Below are positions 25,100 to 37,798 of a DNA stretch of 64,000 nucleotides, one piece after another. Position 1 is the stretch's first letter. Each line of letters opens with the position of its first letter. This stretch comes from Mobula birostris (Eukaryota). The stretch lies in NCBI RefSeq assembly GCF_030028105.1, contig NC_092379.1, positions 25,165,821 through 25,229,820 of the forward strand. The letters run 5' to 3'. A model generated the notes under the pieces. The model was not told the origin of the DNA. It did not search any database and saw only the letters and a program-made list of their open reading frames with translations. The position numbers and the translations under genes are program-made.

Positions 25100-25900
25100 C
25101 CATTAAATAAGCACTTCATTTTTCGCTGCTATATATGCCCTAAGACTGAATTTTATGCTGGCCTTGACTTCTCTTGTTAGCCAACGTTCTGCCATACTTC
25201 CTTTAGAATAGATGTTCGTCTTTGTCATGCATATAATCTGCACGTTCCGAATATTTCCAGAAATTCCAAACAGTCCTTCATTACTGTCACCCCTGCAGTG
25301 TTATGTCCAAATATGACTGCCCACCTCCTTTTTGATACCTCTGTAATTCCCTTTGCTCACTGGAATACTGATACATCTCACATTCATTCTCAATTTTCAG
25401 GGTGAATGTAATCATATTATGATCATTTGCCTCGATGGGTGCGTCAACATTAAGGTTTCCAATGAATCTGGATCGTTGCGGAACACACAAAGCAGGAGGC
25501 AAATCCCGTCGGAGGTTCAGCCATGATGTTCTCTAAAGATCTATCTCGTAGGCGCTGTAGAAACTCCCCTTCTTCGAATCCAGCACTAATAGATCTTTTA
25601 AATATCCCTGCCTATTGAATTCCCCCATGTATATTGTAATATTATCCTTTTTGCATGTGTTGTCTATCTCCCGTACTGATCTTCGGACACTCGCTGACTA
25701 CTGCTTGGGGTAGTCTGTGTACCACGCCCATCAGGGTCTGTCTACCCTTCCAGTTCCTTACCTCTTAATAAAGCTTTAGCAGCGTCTGACAGTCTGTCAC
25801 CTATTTCTAATTTCCATAAGTACTTCCTTCCTGACACTTAGGTAAAGGTCATCAGATCCAATGTTGGTTAACAACTCCGTTTAACTACAGACTAATTTCC
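25100..25900 (-). mobile_element. decayed CR1 endonuclease-region fragment
   Basis: ORF 25287-25502 (DAPIEANDHNMITF) resembles the CR1 SDHN motif region. Confidence 0.55.
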
Positions 25901-26869
25901 TCCAATGATAGATTGATTAATCCCACATAACTCCCCATGATACATGTTTTTATGTGAAGTTTGAGATAAAAGTTTATTTAGTAACCTTTCCATTTCTGTT
26001 TCTTCATAATATCCCTTACAATACAGGGCATGATGCCGGGCAGCATGTAGTTCACGAAAATACAGTAGATCAGTGCATATCCCATTAATCCAAATATTGG
26101 TAACGAATGAGCATAAACGTGCAACAACTGTTGTTTTATGCAACCACGCCAATATTTGCGCGGTTTCTGGGAACAGTGTAGAATCATTAATAATTTAGTG
26201 TACTATAGTACTGTGTGACATTCCGTGCAATGGATTCCTTTGGGCTTCTGTATAAGATGGAATATATAGAGAGATAACTTATTTCGCAGGGTAACAGCCT
26301 CCTCTAAATCGCATCAAATATGTTTGCCATTAGGGATATGAGGGAAGAAATGATCGACATATAAAGCATACTTTGTTCGAGAGAATTGAAATGTACGGTG
26401 TAGAGGGAAGCTCCAATCACCATCATTGACACCTTCTTCAATATGATAATTCTGGCACAGTATGTGGCAATGTGTTTATGCCTGCGTTGAAGAAGGTGGA
26501 GAGATATATCAAACGTGCTGAACATCGTTTATACAGCAGTGATATCGAAGATGTTATAATTCCCGTTTTCTGTTATTATAGAGTTCATACGGCAGAGAAA
26601 ATATCTATGGCTATATCATTTATGTCGAACATGCGAACGTAGAATGGGCGGAAAGGAAAATTTCAGCACTATTGACAATGTTTGAAGGAATAATCATGAA
26701 AAAACATTCGCATTTATGGGTGACTGAGATAAGGTGTACCTGGCGATGAATGAGGCCTGACAGAATACAGGAAGCAAACGTTCTTCTGGACATACCGATT
26801 TAGGGCGTTCAGGAGACCTGGAGATGGAAGAGACACGAAAACAGATTAGGAGAATTGTCAACGACCTGA

Positions 26870-27640
26870 CCCATGTTTTAAAGTGCAGTGGTTGATATCT
26901 TCAGGGACATTGGTAGTAGGAATAAACAGATAGAATATAATCTAAACTGGAGGGATCTTGAGAAATTGGAAGTCAGTTGTGAGTCCTCGTGATGGAAACA
27001 ATAAAGGTTATCGTGAAAGTAGTGTGGGTTGTCAGGAGCAAATAGCAACATTGTATTCATTTCGAGAGGACTAGAATATAAAAGCAAGTGTGCAATGCTG
27101 AAGGTTTTTTTTTAGGCATTGGTCAGACTACACCTTGAGAATTGTAAGCAATTCAGTCCCTATATCATGGACAGGATGAGCTGACAATGGAGAGGGTCTG
27201 GGGCATTTCACCAGTATAATTCGCGCAGTACGAGCAAAACGTTTGTTGAGCGCTTGTTGGCTGTGGACCTCCATTAGCTAGAATTTGAGAAAAATGGTGA
27301 AATCTCATTGAAACCTACCGAACATTAATAGGCCTAGATATAGTGCACATGAATAGGAATTTTCCAATGATTAGACAATTTGGATCGGAGAATACAATCT
27401 CAAATATAAGGGTTTCAATTTAGATCGAGATAAAGAGGGATATAATTAGCTACACGTCCAGCAGTGTGCGGAATTCATTGCCATGAACGGCTGTGAATGT
27501 TAGATTATAAACGTTACATTTAACTGATTCTTATTTAGCAAGTGTGTCAGATGTTTAGAGAAATAATACGCGATAATAAATCCGGCAGCATAGAATCTCG
27601 GACAGAACTTTGTGGGCAGAATGGCTTGATTCTGCTCGAA
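26870..27640 (+). mobile_element. decayed CR1 LINE 3' fragment
   Basis: Degenerate RT C-terminus (GGACTAGAATATAAAAGC, GAAACCTACCGAACATT) and 3' UTR-like end. Confidence 0.6.
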
Positions 27641-27829
27641 TATCGTATATATCACACGGAGCGCCTGAGGAATACAATGAATTTAGAAATAATGTAGAAT
27701 GACAAGTAAAATAGCTCAAGACAGATATAATATATGGGAAGCACGGCCACAGCTTCTCAGAGGAACTAAGGTCGAGACTGTTGTGTCGGACTAACTGATA
27801 TATTGTCATGTCTCTGTTTCACTGAAGCA

Positions 27830-28480
27830 CGTTTCCTCTGCACATTCTGGACACGACACTCCAACCAGAAGACCGTTCCATCAACATTATGTACAGGAAG
27901 GAATGGGCAAACCAGGCGTCATACGCTTCACTGTGGTGCTCGGACGCATGTGCAATACAGAGGGATACACTGCCGACCGTTCCACGAACCAAGACTGTAC
28001 TCAGTCGCGATATATTTTTCTTTTTACAAAACGCCAAAGGCAGAAACCATGCCAGAATTCGATGAAGTGAATGCCACGATTAACAAACAAGATACGGCTT
28101 ACTCTGATGACTTTAACCTCCGAGAATCGAAATTCAATAGGACGATCAAAATAATTTTCTACCCAGCTAACATGAGCACATCATCTGCAACAAACAGGAA
28201 GGCTAAACACATGCAACCATTGCTACCATTAAAGATTCCCACCGGTCCAATCCGCAGGAAAGCGGACCTTTTTTTACGCACACCTGTAAATTACGGAAGA
28301 GTAAGGAGCAAAGCACCGGAAGTGAAGACAGTATATACTTGGTCAGGAAAGGTAGAGGGCGACTGTGGGTCTGGTTGAAAACGGTGGACAAGGCCATGAT
28401 CAATGACTCATCAGGGGACCTGTTTTATATGCCCTGGGTATTGTGGACATTATAAACACACGCGTCTACGAGAGCGTTCC
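27830..28480 (+). mobile_element. decayed Rex1/Babar-like LINE endonuclease fragment
   Basis: APEVKTVYTWS and neighbouring motifs resemble the endonuclease-RT linker of this LINE group. Confidence 0.5.
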
Positions 28481-28990
28481 TAACGTCACTGAGTCATCCT
28501 AGCAAAATAACTAAGAGATAAACTAAGAGTTTAGTAATCTGCAGAGAGCTGGCGATCTAGGAATGTCCAACAGTTCTGGAATAAAATACAGAGAATACCA
28601 TTTCGCAACAACGTGACAATTCTGGAGTGAAATTGAATCACATAACGATTCTTGAGAGTAGTGGCAGAAATTGAGTGCCTTTACCTTCAACCAACCAAAA
28701 CAATGTAAATACGTTTTTTTTTTTTTTGGTTTTAATTGCTTTCAGATCACCACAATGCCACCTATGCTGTATATGAGTACCGGAATATGTAAAATACACG
28801 CAGTTAGTGTACATAAGCAATAACGGATAATACACGCTCAACATAGCACTGGTGCTACACAACTCCGTGTGCACAGCCCCGACGTTATTGAATTCATATC
28901 TATAATTTTCGCCTCAGTGGTGCTGCAGTGTCGTATTTATGTTGCCAACGATACTACACTTGACCGATTAAACAATTTCGTGACGAATTA

Positions 28991-29125
28991 CCAATTAGAA
29001 TAAAGATGGATTATGATGAAGAGTAGTGTCACAATAAGAACAATCAGGCCACGGGTTGCAAGCAGTTCTCAAGGTCTGAATACCGACAGCAGGAAGAAGA
29101 TAGTCGCGTTCAATTCGACCATTTC
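28991..29125 (-). pseudogene. possible eroded transmembrane exon, TCR-alpha/delta-like
   Basis: Reads EMVELNATIFFLLSVFRP*ELLATRGLIVLIVTLLFIIIHLYSN; many differences from the LSVxGLRxLLxKxxxFNxLMTLR pattern are single-base; G|GTAATT donor at about 28991. Confidence 0.25.
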
Positions 29126-29939
29126 CTGCAGAGGCATCGGTGTTGGAGTGGTTCAATTGATTTTAACTTCTTCGGTGTTCACATGTCAGTTCTGGGAACA
29201 AATATTAAATATGAATGAGAAAAAAAAATCTAAATATACATATCCCATTTGTTATCTTCAAAATTTATGTAAATTCGGCATTTCATCAGAAGTTTGACGT
29301 ATTTCGACTGCTGAATAGTGTAGCGGATCCTAACTGACTGTATGTGTTGCATTGAACTTTTCCAGAGGAAGAAAAAAAAAAATCAGCATTAATACTCAAA
29401 GAATCACACTACCTCGGACATGCTCTATTCTTTGGCCATGCTACCACAATCAAGTAGGAACCACAGAAGCCATATGTCACACGGTCGATTTCAGGAACAG
29501 TCATTGCTCTGAAATTATCCGGCTCCTGAATCTGTTATAACAAATGTAGTCAGCAGAATCCAGAGCAGATTCTGCACCCAACTGATTCGCTTTCAAGCAC
29601 TTTTACTGCTCATGTTGTCATGTATTTATTTGCACAATTTGTCTTTTATATTGCAAGGTTTTATATCAGTTTCTGCTTATGTATCTTTGTTGTAACTTGT
29701 TTTAGAGAAAAATACCTAAAGTATTTATTTAATTTACAGTAAATGCCTTCAGGAAACCATATTTCATGATAGTACATCTTTACATTTCGCAATTTTATAA
29801 TATATTTGTTCTTCTCTTTGACTGCAGGTGTGCATGAAAATTCTCAGCAAGTATAGCGATAATGGCCCGAGGTTTATATATATCATATTTTTTTAGGTTT
29901 TACATTTTATATTTTATAGGTTTATATTTATTTATATAA

Positions 29940-30120
29940 ATCCTCCTCCTCCCACTTTCAAATCTCTTTTTAACTCTTCTTTCAGCTAGACCTGACAAAG
30001 ATTTCGGCCCGAAACTTCGACTGTACCTCTTGTTATAGATGCTGCCAGGCCTGCTGCGTTCACGAGCAACTTTAATGTGTGTTGCTTGCATTTCCAGCAT
30101 CTGCAGAATTCCTCGTGTTT
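29940..30120. mobile_element. short Penelope-like terminal fragment
   Basis: Matches 2750-2875 (GATGCTGCC...GCAACTTT..TGTGTG). Confidence 0.6.
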
Positions 30121-30124
30121 AGGA

Positions 30125-30340
30125 TAGTAGTGGCCCGTGTTCAATTCCCACCACTCCCTGAAAGGACTTTGCACATTCTCCCCGTGACCACAAGCTATCT
30201 TCGGATTGCTCCAATTTCCTAACAGAGTCCAATAAATTTTTGGTTGTTAGGTTAATTGTTCATTAGATATTTTCCTTTAAATAGGTTAGGGTTAAACTGG
30301 GGAATTTCTGAGCGGCGTGGGTCGAATAGCTGTCAGGCCT
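30125..30340 (+). mobile_element. degenerate SINE body (V-SINE/HE1-like)
   Basis: TTTGCACATTCTCCCCGTGACC...TTAGGTTAATTG core motif recalled for vertebrate V-SINEs. Confidence 0.45.
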
Positions 30341-31316
30341 ATTTCACGCTAAATGTCAATAAGTAACGAAATAGATAAGCAGAGAGCAGTAGTACATGTA
30401 AAGCCGGTCCTGGGGTGATGGTAGTGGTAGATGCAGGGTCACTTAATAAATTCTTACACAGGTACATGGATGATAGAAAACTGCCGGATTTTGTATGAGT
30501 GAAAATTAGATTATTCCGAGAACATGTCAAAATCTCACCGTCGGGTACCGAATGACCTGTGTTGTATTGTTTCGTTCTACATCGACGTTGTTTGAGCTAA
30601 TACTGGTTCCAAGAGCATAGACAGGTTGTGGCGACTACGTGTAGATTCAATACTGGTATATAAGGACCCTGCTAGAATGAAGTGTGTGTGCTATCAGCCT
30701 GAACGAGCTTGGTTGCAGTTTGCTTCCACTGAAACTGCTGAGTCGCAGGCGACTCCTGATAGAGGTGTATAATTTTATTGAAGGACGCGAAGGATATAGA
30801 AAATTACACTCGGTTTTCTGTGTTGACATATTTAATACGAGAGTGTATACAACTAACTTTACGATATTTTGTTTAAGGAGATGTGTGTGTTAAGTGTTTT
30901 TTTGTTGTTTCATAGATAATCATGCTACGTGCCTTGAGAGCACTGCTAGGGAAGATTAATAAGTCAGTTAGGTTCTAAAGAATTTGTAGGACCGGTGTAG
31001 AAGCGGTCTGTGACACAGAGACATAAAACATTAACTGAATTGCATGTATCAGAGTTCGCCCTCCAGACAAGTCTGTATTTGTACCTGACAATCCTTCCTT
31101 CAGATCTACATTTGTTTTGGTACATAAGGAGTTATCTCATCGATTTCAATAAAGTAGAAATCGAAAAATCATTTGCAATGAAACATGTACACCGGAGGGA
31201 ATAAATCAACGAATGGCTTTTCAAAAAAAAAAGAATCTGCAGAATACGCATAAACCCGCTCATATTCCACTTAGTTTCAGTGTATCTAAAATAGCTAACG
31301 TCTCCGTTGAAAGAAA

Positions 31317-31445
31317 NNNNNNNNNNNNNNNNNNNNNNNNNNNNNNNNNNNNNNNNNNNNNNNNNNNNNNNNNNNNNNNNNNNNNNNNNNNNNNNNNNNN
31401 NNNNNNNNNNNNNNNNNNNNNNNNNNNNNNNNNNNNNNNNNNNNN
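31317..31445. other. assembly gap (129 N)
   Basis: Run of N in the sequence. Confidence 1.
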
Positions 31446-32639
31446 AGAAAAACCATGGTGAGCTGATTTAGATAAGCGCCAAAATTACCAGCAACAATCC
31501 CATGTACAAACCTGAGGTACAGACACTTAGTAGACGTTTTCCCAATAGAATAGAACATAAATAACTTGAGAAAAATGCAATACCATTCGTCAACATGCTT
31601 CAGAGGGTTTTCATATTTTAATGATATTTCTGCCCATGAAAAGAAAATAATATAAGAAGACCGGCACGTTAGTCTCAATACATCTTGCTCCACTACTTTT
31701 AATTTTACCTAGGACATATTGTAATTTCCATGTTTTACGACAACATCGGTAGCTATCAGCATTGTTTACCGTGAATGTACAAATGTCTCGAATGGCATCT
31801 TCCATAGAACATCCAGATATGGTCTTTTCATTTTTTTTAATCCAGGCGATTATGTAATTTAGAGTTATCCTCGCTGCTCAGTGTTTTCGTTGAAGCCTAC
31901 ACACAATATGTCTTTGAATAATTCTGTGGTATCAGTGATACCATCCTGTTGTAAGAGTCAATCATAACTCCTGTAACTCCTTCGAACTTTCCTTTGACAT
32001 TATACAGGATCCGTCCACATTTATATCGATTCTTTATCAAATCAAATATTGCATACTAGTGCAATTGGCCATAGGTTAAGTGTCTATCTGTTAATTGCTT
32101 GTTATTGCTCTGATCCAATCCAGCATCCATTTATTGTTCTCTGCCATTAAAAACAGTCGATAATTTATGTCTCTTTAATCTCAATCAGCAACCAGTTCGA
32201 ATAACTGCAAGCAAGCACCAAACCTAACATTTACAAATCTGCATGTTCTATGCAACGGAGGAGCAACATACAAAGATTTTTTTTTTTTTTCTTTTTGGGA
32301 AATGAAATGTAGTCCAGCCGATTACCTAGAGCATCACTGGGTCATCTTTGAAATATTGACCAACCCAAGCACTTCAAGCTGACAAGATGGAAAATAGAGT
32401 GTTTTCATAAATTGGCTAACTTCATCACCAAACAAGCGGGAGGAGCAAAGAACTGTTTTTTTTTTTTCAGCTTTAACTGTACTCGATTTATTCGAATTCA
32501 CTGATTTCTGGACTCCAAGATAGTGCTATGGAATGAACTTTATTCGATAGATTGAGAGCAGAATATATAACTTTTTTCTTATTTTATGCTTGAATTGGTC
32601 TACAATTTATCTCTGAAGCACTGTATACGTTAGACTGAG

Positions 32640-35440
32640 CATAAGACCATAAGAGCATAAGACAAAGGTGCAGAAGTCGGACATTCGGTCCATCGAGTTT
32701 GCTCCACCGTTTTATCAAGAGCTGATCCATTCTCTCATTTAGTCCCACTCCCCCGCCTTCTCACCATAACCTTTCATGCCCTGGCTACTCAGATACCTAT
32801 CGATCTCTGTCTTAAATACACCCAATGACTTGGCCTCCACTGCTGCCCGTGGTAACAAATTCCATAGATTCAACACCTTCTGACTAATAAAAAAAATCTT
32901 CACATTTCTGTTCTGAATGGGCACCCTTCAATTCTTAAGTCATGCTCTCTCGTACTAGACTCCCACATCATGGGATACAACTTTGCCACATTCACTCTGT
33001 CCATGCCTTTCAACATTCGAAATGTTTCTATGAGGTGTCCTCTCATTCTTCTAAACTCCAAGGAATACAGTCCAAGAGCGGAAAAACATTCCTCATATGT
33101 TAACCCTCTCATTCCAGGAATCATTCTAGTGAATCTTCTCTGTACCCTCTCCAATGTCAGCACATCCTTTCTTAAATAAGGACACTAAAACTACCGACAG
33201 TACTCCAAGTGGGGTCTCACCAGCCCCCTATAGAGCCTCAACATCACATCCCTGCTCCTATACTCTATTCCTCTAGAACTTTGAATTCTTTCACCATTTA
33301 AATAATAGTCTACCCGTTTATTTATTCTGTCAAAGTGGATAACCATACACTTTCCAGCATTGTATTTCATTTGCCACTTCTTTGCCCATTCTTCCAATCT
33401 ATACAATTCTCTCTGCAGGCTCTCCATTTCCTCAGCACTACCGTCCCCTCCACCTATCTTCGTATCGTCAGGAAGCTTAACCACAAAGCCATCTATTCCA
33501 TAATCCAAATCGTTGATGTACAACGTAAGAAGCAGCGGCCCCAACACGGACCCCTGTGGAACACCCGTGGTAACCGGCCTCCAACCAGAATAGGATCCCT
33601 TTATTCCCACTCTCTGCTTCCTGCTAATCAGCCAACGCGCTATCCACTTATGTAGCTTTTCCGTAATCCCATGGTCCCTTATCTTGTTTTGTAGCCTCAT
33701 GTGTGGCACCTTGTCAAAGGCCTTCTGAAATTCCAAACATACAACATCCACTGCATCTCCCCTGTCCAGCCTACTTGTAATTTCCTCAAAAAGTTGTAAT
33801 AGGTTTGTCAGGCAGGATGTTCCTTTCAGGAATCCATGCTCAGTTCTGTCTATCTTGTCATATGCCTCCAGGTACTCTGTAACCTCATCCTTGACAATCG
33901 ACTGCAACGACTTCTCAACCACCGATGTTACGCTAACAGGTCTATAATTTCCTTTTTGCTTCCTTGCCCACTTCTTAAATAGCGGAGTGACATTTGCAAT
34001 CTTCCAGTCCTCCGGAACCAAGCCAGAATCTATCGGCTTTTGAAAGATCATCGCTAATGCCTCCGCAATCTCCACTGCTACTTCCTTCAGAACACGAGGG
34101 TGCATTCTATCTGGCCCGGGAGATTTATCTACCTTTAGACTATTCAGCTTCCTGAGTATTGTATCTGTCGTAATTGTGACTGCGCACGCTACTCTTCCCT
34201 GCCACCCTTGAGTGTCTGGTATACTGCTGATGCCTTCCTCAGTGAAGACTGATGCAAAATACTCGTTCAGTTCCTCCGCCCTCACCTTATACCCATTACA
34301 ATTTCTCCAGCATCATTTTCTATCGGTCATATGTCTACTCTCACCTGTCTTTTACTACTTATATACTTGAAAACACTTTCCGTATCCTCTCTGATATTAT
34401 TTGCTCGCATTCTATCATAGTTAAGCTTTTCCCTCTTAATGACCTTCTTAGTTTCCTTTCATAATCTTTCAAAAACTTCCCAATCCTCTGTCTTTCCATT
34501 AGTCTTTGCTTCCTTGTATGCCTTCTCCTTTGCTTTAACTTTGACTTTGTCTTCTCTTGTGAACCACGTTTACATCTCTTTTTTTTTCCATTCGAAAATT
34601 TCTTCTGTTCTGGAATATATCTGTCTTGCACCTTCCTCACTTTTCGCATACACTCCAGCCACTGCTGCTCTGCCGTCTTTCCTGCCAGTGTCTCTTTCCA
34701 GTCAACTTCAGCCAGTTCCACTCTAATGCCACTATAATTTCCTTCACTCCACTGAAATACCTACACATCAGATTTCGACTCCTCTTTTTTGAAATTTCGC
34801 AGTGAACTCAATCATGTTATAATCACTGCCTCCTAAGGGTTCCTTCACCTCAATATCTCTAATCACCTCCAGTTCATTACAGAATTCCCAATCCAGTACA
34901 GCCGATCCCCTAGTAGGCTCAACAACAAGCTGTTCTAAAAAGCCATCTCGCAAACATTCTACAAATTCTCTCTCTTGAGATCCAGAGCCGATCTGATTTT
35001 TCCAGTGCTCTCGCATCTTAAAATCCCGCACAATTATCATAACACTACCCTTCTGACAAGCCTTTTTCTATTTCCTTTGTAATTTGTAGTCCACATCACT
35101 GCAGCTGTTTGGAGGGCTATAAATAACTGCCATCATGGTCCGTTTACCCCTGTGATTTCTTAGCTCAACTCATAAAGATTCTGCACCTTCCGATCCTATA
35201 TCACCTCTTTCTAATGATTTAATATCATTTCTTACCAATAAAGCCACGGCTCCCCCTCTGCCTACCTTCCTATCCTTCCGATACACCGTGTATCCTTGAC
35301 GTTCAGCTCCCAGAGACATGCATCCTTTAGCCACGTCTCAGACATGGCCACAATATCATACCTGCCAATCTGCAGCTGTACAACAAGATCATCCACCTTA
35401 TTCCTTATGCTGCGTGCATTTAAGTATAACACCTTAAGAC
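32640..35440 (-). mobile_element. CR1 LINE with internal deletions
   Basis: RT ORF 33191-34285 ([18 protein letters not shown]), endonuclease pieces 34768-35400, CATAAGA tail at 32640-32662. Confidence 0.95.
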
Positions 35441-36838
35441 CAGCATTTGGTAATTTTCGCTTTGAATAGGCCTAGGTTTAGAAGAAGGAGTAAAATTTTG
35501 CAAAGTCAATATGTATGTATGAACAGAAAGACAAGAGAATGACCGAGAAATAAGCATGAGTCCCCAACGTTTCAGTATTCACCTTTGGCAGCCATAATGT
35601 AAGTTATCCTTGCAAAACCACATAAGTAATTGTAGAACTTGCTGACAGGTTCTATCAATCTATTTATCTATCTATATATTTACCTATCTCCCTGTCTCTG
35701 TGCTTGTGACGATCTGTGCCTGTAGTTTATTGGAAATATTCTACAGTTTGTGTTTTTGTCAGCTCCGTAGTTTTCACTATTCGCTTTATGCAGGTTTTAG
35801 AAATATCTTAACATATCTGCAAAACATAAAATAATCTTGGTACGTTGACATGTAATTCAAAGTGATTGCACACGATCTCCTCAACGATTTCTACTGCCAT
35901 TCATACAAATAGCCAACTGCGAGAAAATATATTTTTCTTTTCTCGCCTAACTATTAATTTCTTGTAACCAACGACTTTCCAACCGAGGTACGTTCATGCA
36001 TTCACTTCTGCAAATGATCGTGTTAGGCTCCCCAGGATCGTTGAAATTGCATTTTTTAACCATTGGTATTTACTAAGTAGCATTTAAAAGTGGACAAAAC
36101 GGCTTAAGGTTTTCGGAGGTATGAATTAAAGTATATCTTTACAACTACCTTGCTGTACAAAGAAAACAATGTTGACATGATCTAAATGTTACCTAATTAA
36201 GTGTAATCTTAAGTAAATATAAATTGTCATACAGTCGGGTATGAGATAATTGCAGATTTGAGCCACATCATTAACATATAGATTTAGAATGGAAAATAAC
36301 AAAAAAAAATGAATAACTGCTGCAATGCATCTGTATATATTTCATTTTTCACGCGTAGCCAATGTAACCAATTAATTCGTCATCACCGATCACATACTTC
36401 GGGCATTCATGTTTATTTTACTGAGAATAACTTTCAGCATCAGTAGCTGGAAATTACTGAGAAATATTTTGAACTAGAAATTCATAGTGGACTGATCTTC
36501 TTCAAAAACATTATTCTATTCATGATCTGGAACATTGATATTTATATCAATAACTGGGATGATAATCATGATAGCCGTGAATCGTGTGGCAGAAGGCTGT
36601 TCAAATATTAAGTTTAATCGCTGCGTTCATTTTTAACTGCTACCCACTTTGAAGGTATGACTCAACTTGGTTGTGCTCTGTGTGGTGTAACATCGTTTAA
36701 GCAAATAGACCTCTCAACCTATAGGTTCCGCCCACAATCGCGCCCATGTACTTGGTTGCTTAAATATCAGTCATCGCTCCATAGTTCAAAATCCGTCAAG
36801 TACTGTGCAGAGTCGCTCCGTTTGAAATCGTCGGTAGG

Positions 36839-36884
36839 ATGAAATCGCTGGCTTCAGTCGGCGTGTTCCTGGCTTTATTAACCC
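36839..36884 (+). CDS. IGHV: IgH V leader exon
   Basis: ATG...C|GTGCGT, MKSLASVGVFLALLT, phase 1, 156-nt intron; joins in frame to (R)VHS-DVVLTQ. Confidence 0.8.
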
Positions 36885-37040
36885 GTGCGTAATTTGGGTT
36901 GGAAACATTTCTCACTTTCTCTGATTCAGTCAATCGTCTATTGCGTTCAGTCTCTAGAGTTCGACCTTATAAATTCTAAAGACAAAAGTCACTGTCTCGA
37001 GATTGATTTTCAGGGTTCTTTCTTTGTATTTAACATACAT

Positions 37041-37339
37041 GTGTCCATTCAGATGTCGTGTTAACTCAGCTACCGGCAATGACTGCCAGACCAGGACAAT
37101 CAGTGAAACTCACCTGTAAAACCAGCGGGTTTGATCTCAATAGCTACTCTATGAGCTTAGTCCGTCAGGTAAACGGACAGCGGCTGGAATAGCTCCTCGC
37201 ACACTATGATCCTTCAAGCACGTTATTCGCCCCAGGGATCCAGAGCAGATTCACTCCGTCCAAGACGCCACAAACAATGTTTTCACCGTTGATGTGATCC
37301 AGCTGCAAACGGACGATACCGCTATCTATTACCGTGCGA
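37041..37339 (+). pseudogene. IGHV: IgM-type VH pseudogene
   Basis: [98 protein letters not shown]. Lesions: acceptor CAT instead of CAG (37038-40), W>L at 37157, stop at 37190, 1-nt deletion near 37262, C>R at 37333. Confidence 0.95.
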
Positions 37340-37364
37340 TAGCGTATACAATGGTATTCGCTTG
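37340..37364 (+). other. IGHD: D-like junctional sequence fused to the V (putative germline V-D or V-D-D join)
   Basis: TAGCGTATACAATGGTATTCGCTTG lies between YYxA and the heptamer, with no 23-RSS after the V. Confidence 0.6.
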
Positions 37365-37392
37365 CACAGTGTGTGCTTCCAATACAAAAACC
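37365..37392 (+). promoter_or_regulatory. consensus 12-RSS
   Basis: CACAGTG + 12-nt spacer TGTGCTTCCAAT + ACAAAAACC; heptamer and nonamer are both perfect. Confidence 0.97.
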
Positions 37393-37711
37393 TTCTGATT
37401 CTAATTATGTCCTTTAGTTGTCTTTTTTTTTTCTTTCATTCGATATTTCAAAGTAATTCTTGATGTACTGGTTCTACTGATGCACAAAACACTAATTAGT
37501 CCGAATAAGCCAGCCTGGATATGTTCATCATTTATCTGTCAGGAAGTCTCATGATATTTCGGCAGCATGTTTGAAATACAGTATTATGTTATATTCTACC
37601 GTTTAAAAAGCTTTGTTTCGCGTACTCATGGTTTCTAATAATCATTAATAGTTGGTTTTCAGTTATGAATATATACATAATTGTCGAATTTTTGCATGTT
37701 ATTTTCAGAGC

Positions 37712-37750
37712 CTATAATTGTGTGATGCAGCCCAGGAATATAACACTGTG
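37712..37750 (+). promoter_or_regulatory. J-side RSS, 22/23-bp spacer, weak nonamer
   Basis: CACTGTG at 37744-37750; best nonamer TATAATTGT at 37713-37721 (22-nt spacer). Confidence 0.7.
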
Positions 37751-37798
37751 CCGATCCTGATTACTGGGGAGGAGGCACCATGTTGGCGGTTTCAAATG
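37751..37798 (+). CDS. IGHJ: JH segment
   Basis: DPDYWGGGTMLAVSN with WGxG motif; phase-1 donor G|GTAAGA. Confidence 0.92.

Noticed and set aside
29415-29475. LFFGHATTIK*EP, a J-like FGxG motif on the + strand
   Set aside because: Second Gly absent, in-frame stop, no GT donor and no RSS.
29400-29530. VTYGFCGSYLIVVAWPKN on the minus strand, Cmu1-like
   Set aside because: Cys absent, C-to-W spacing four residues short and no second half of a domain.
35575-35606. FTFGSHN followed by GTAAGT upstream of the V
   Set aside because: Too short for a J, no GxT continuation and no heptamer.
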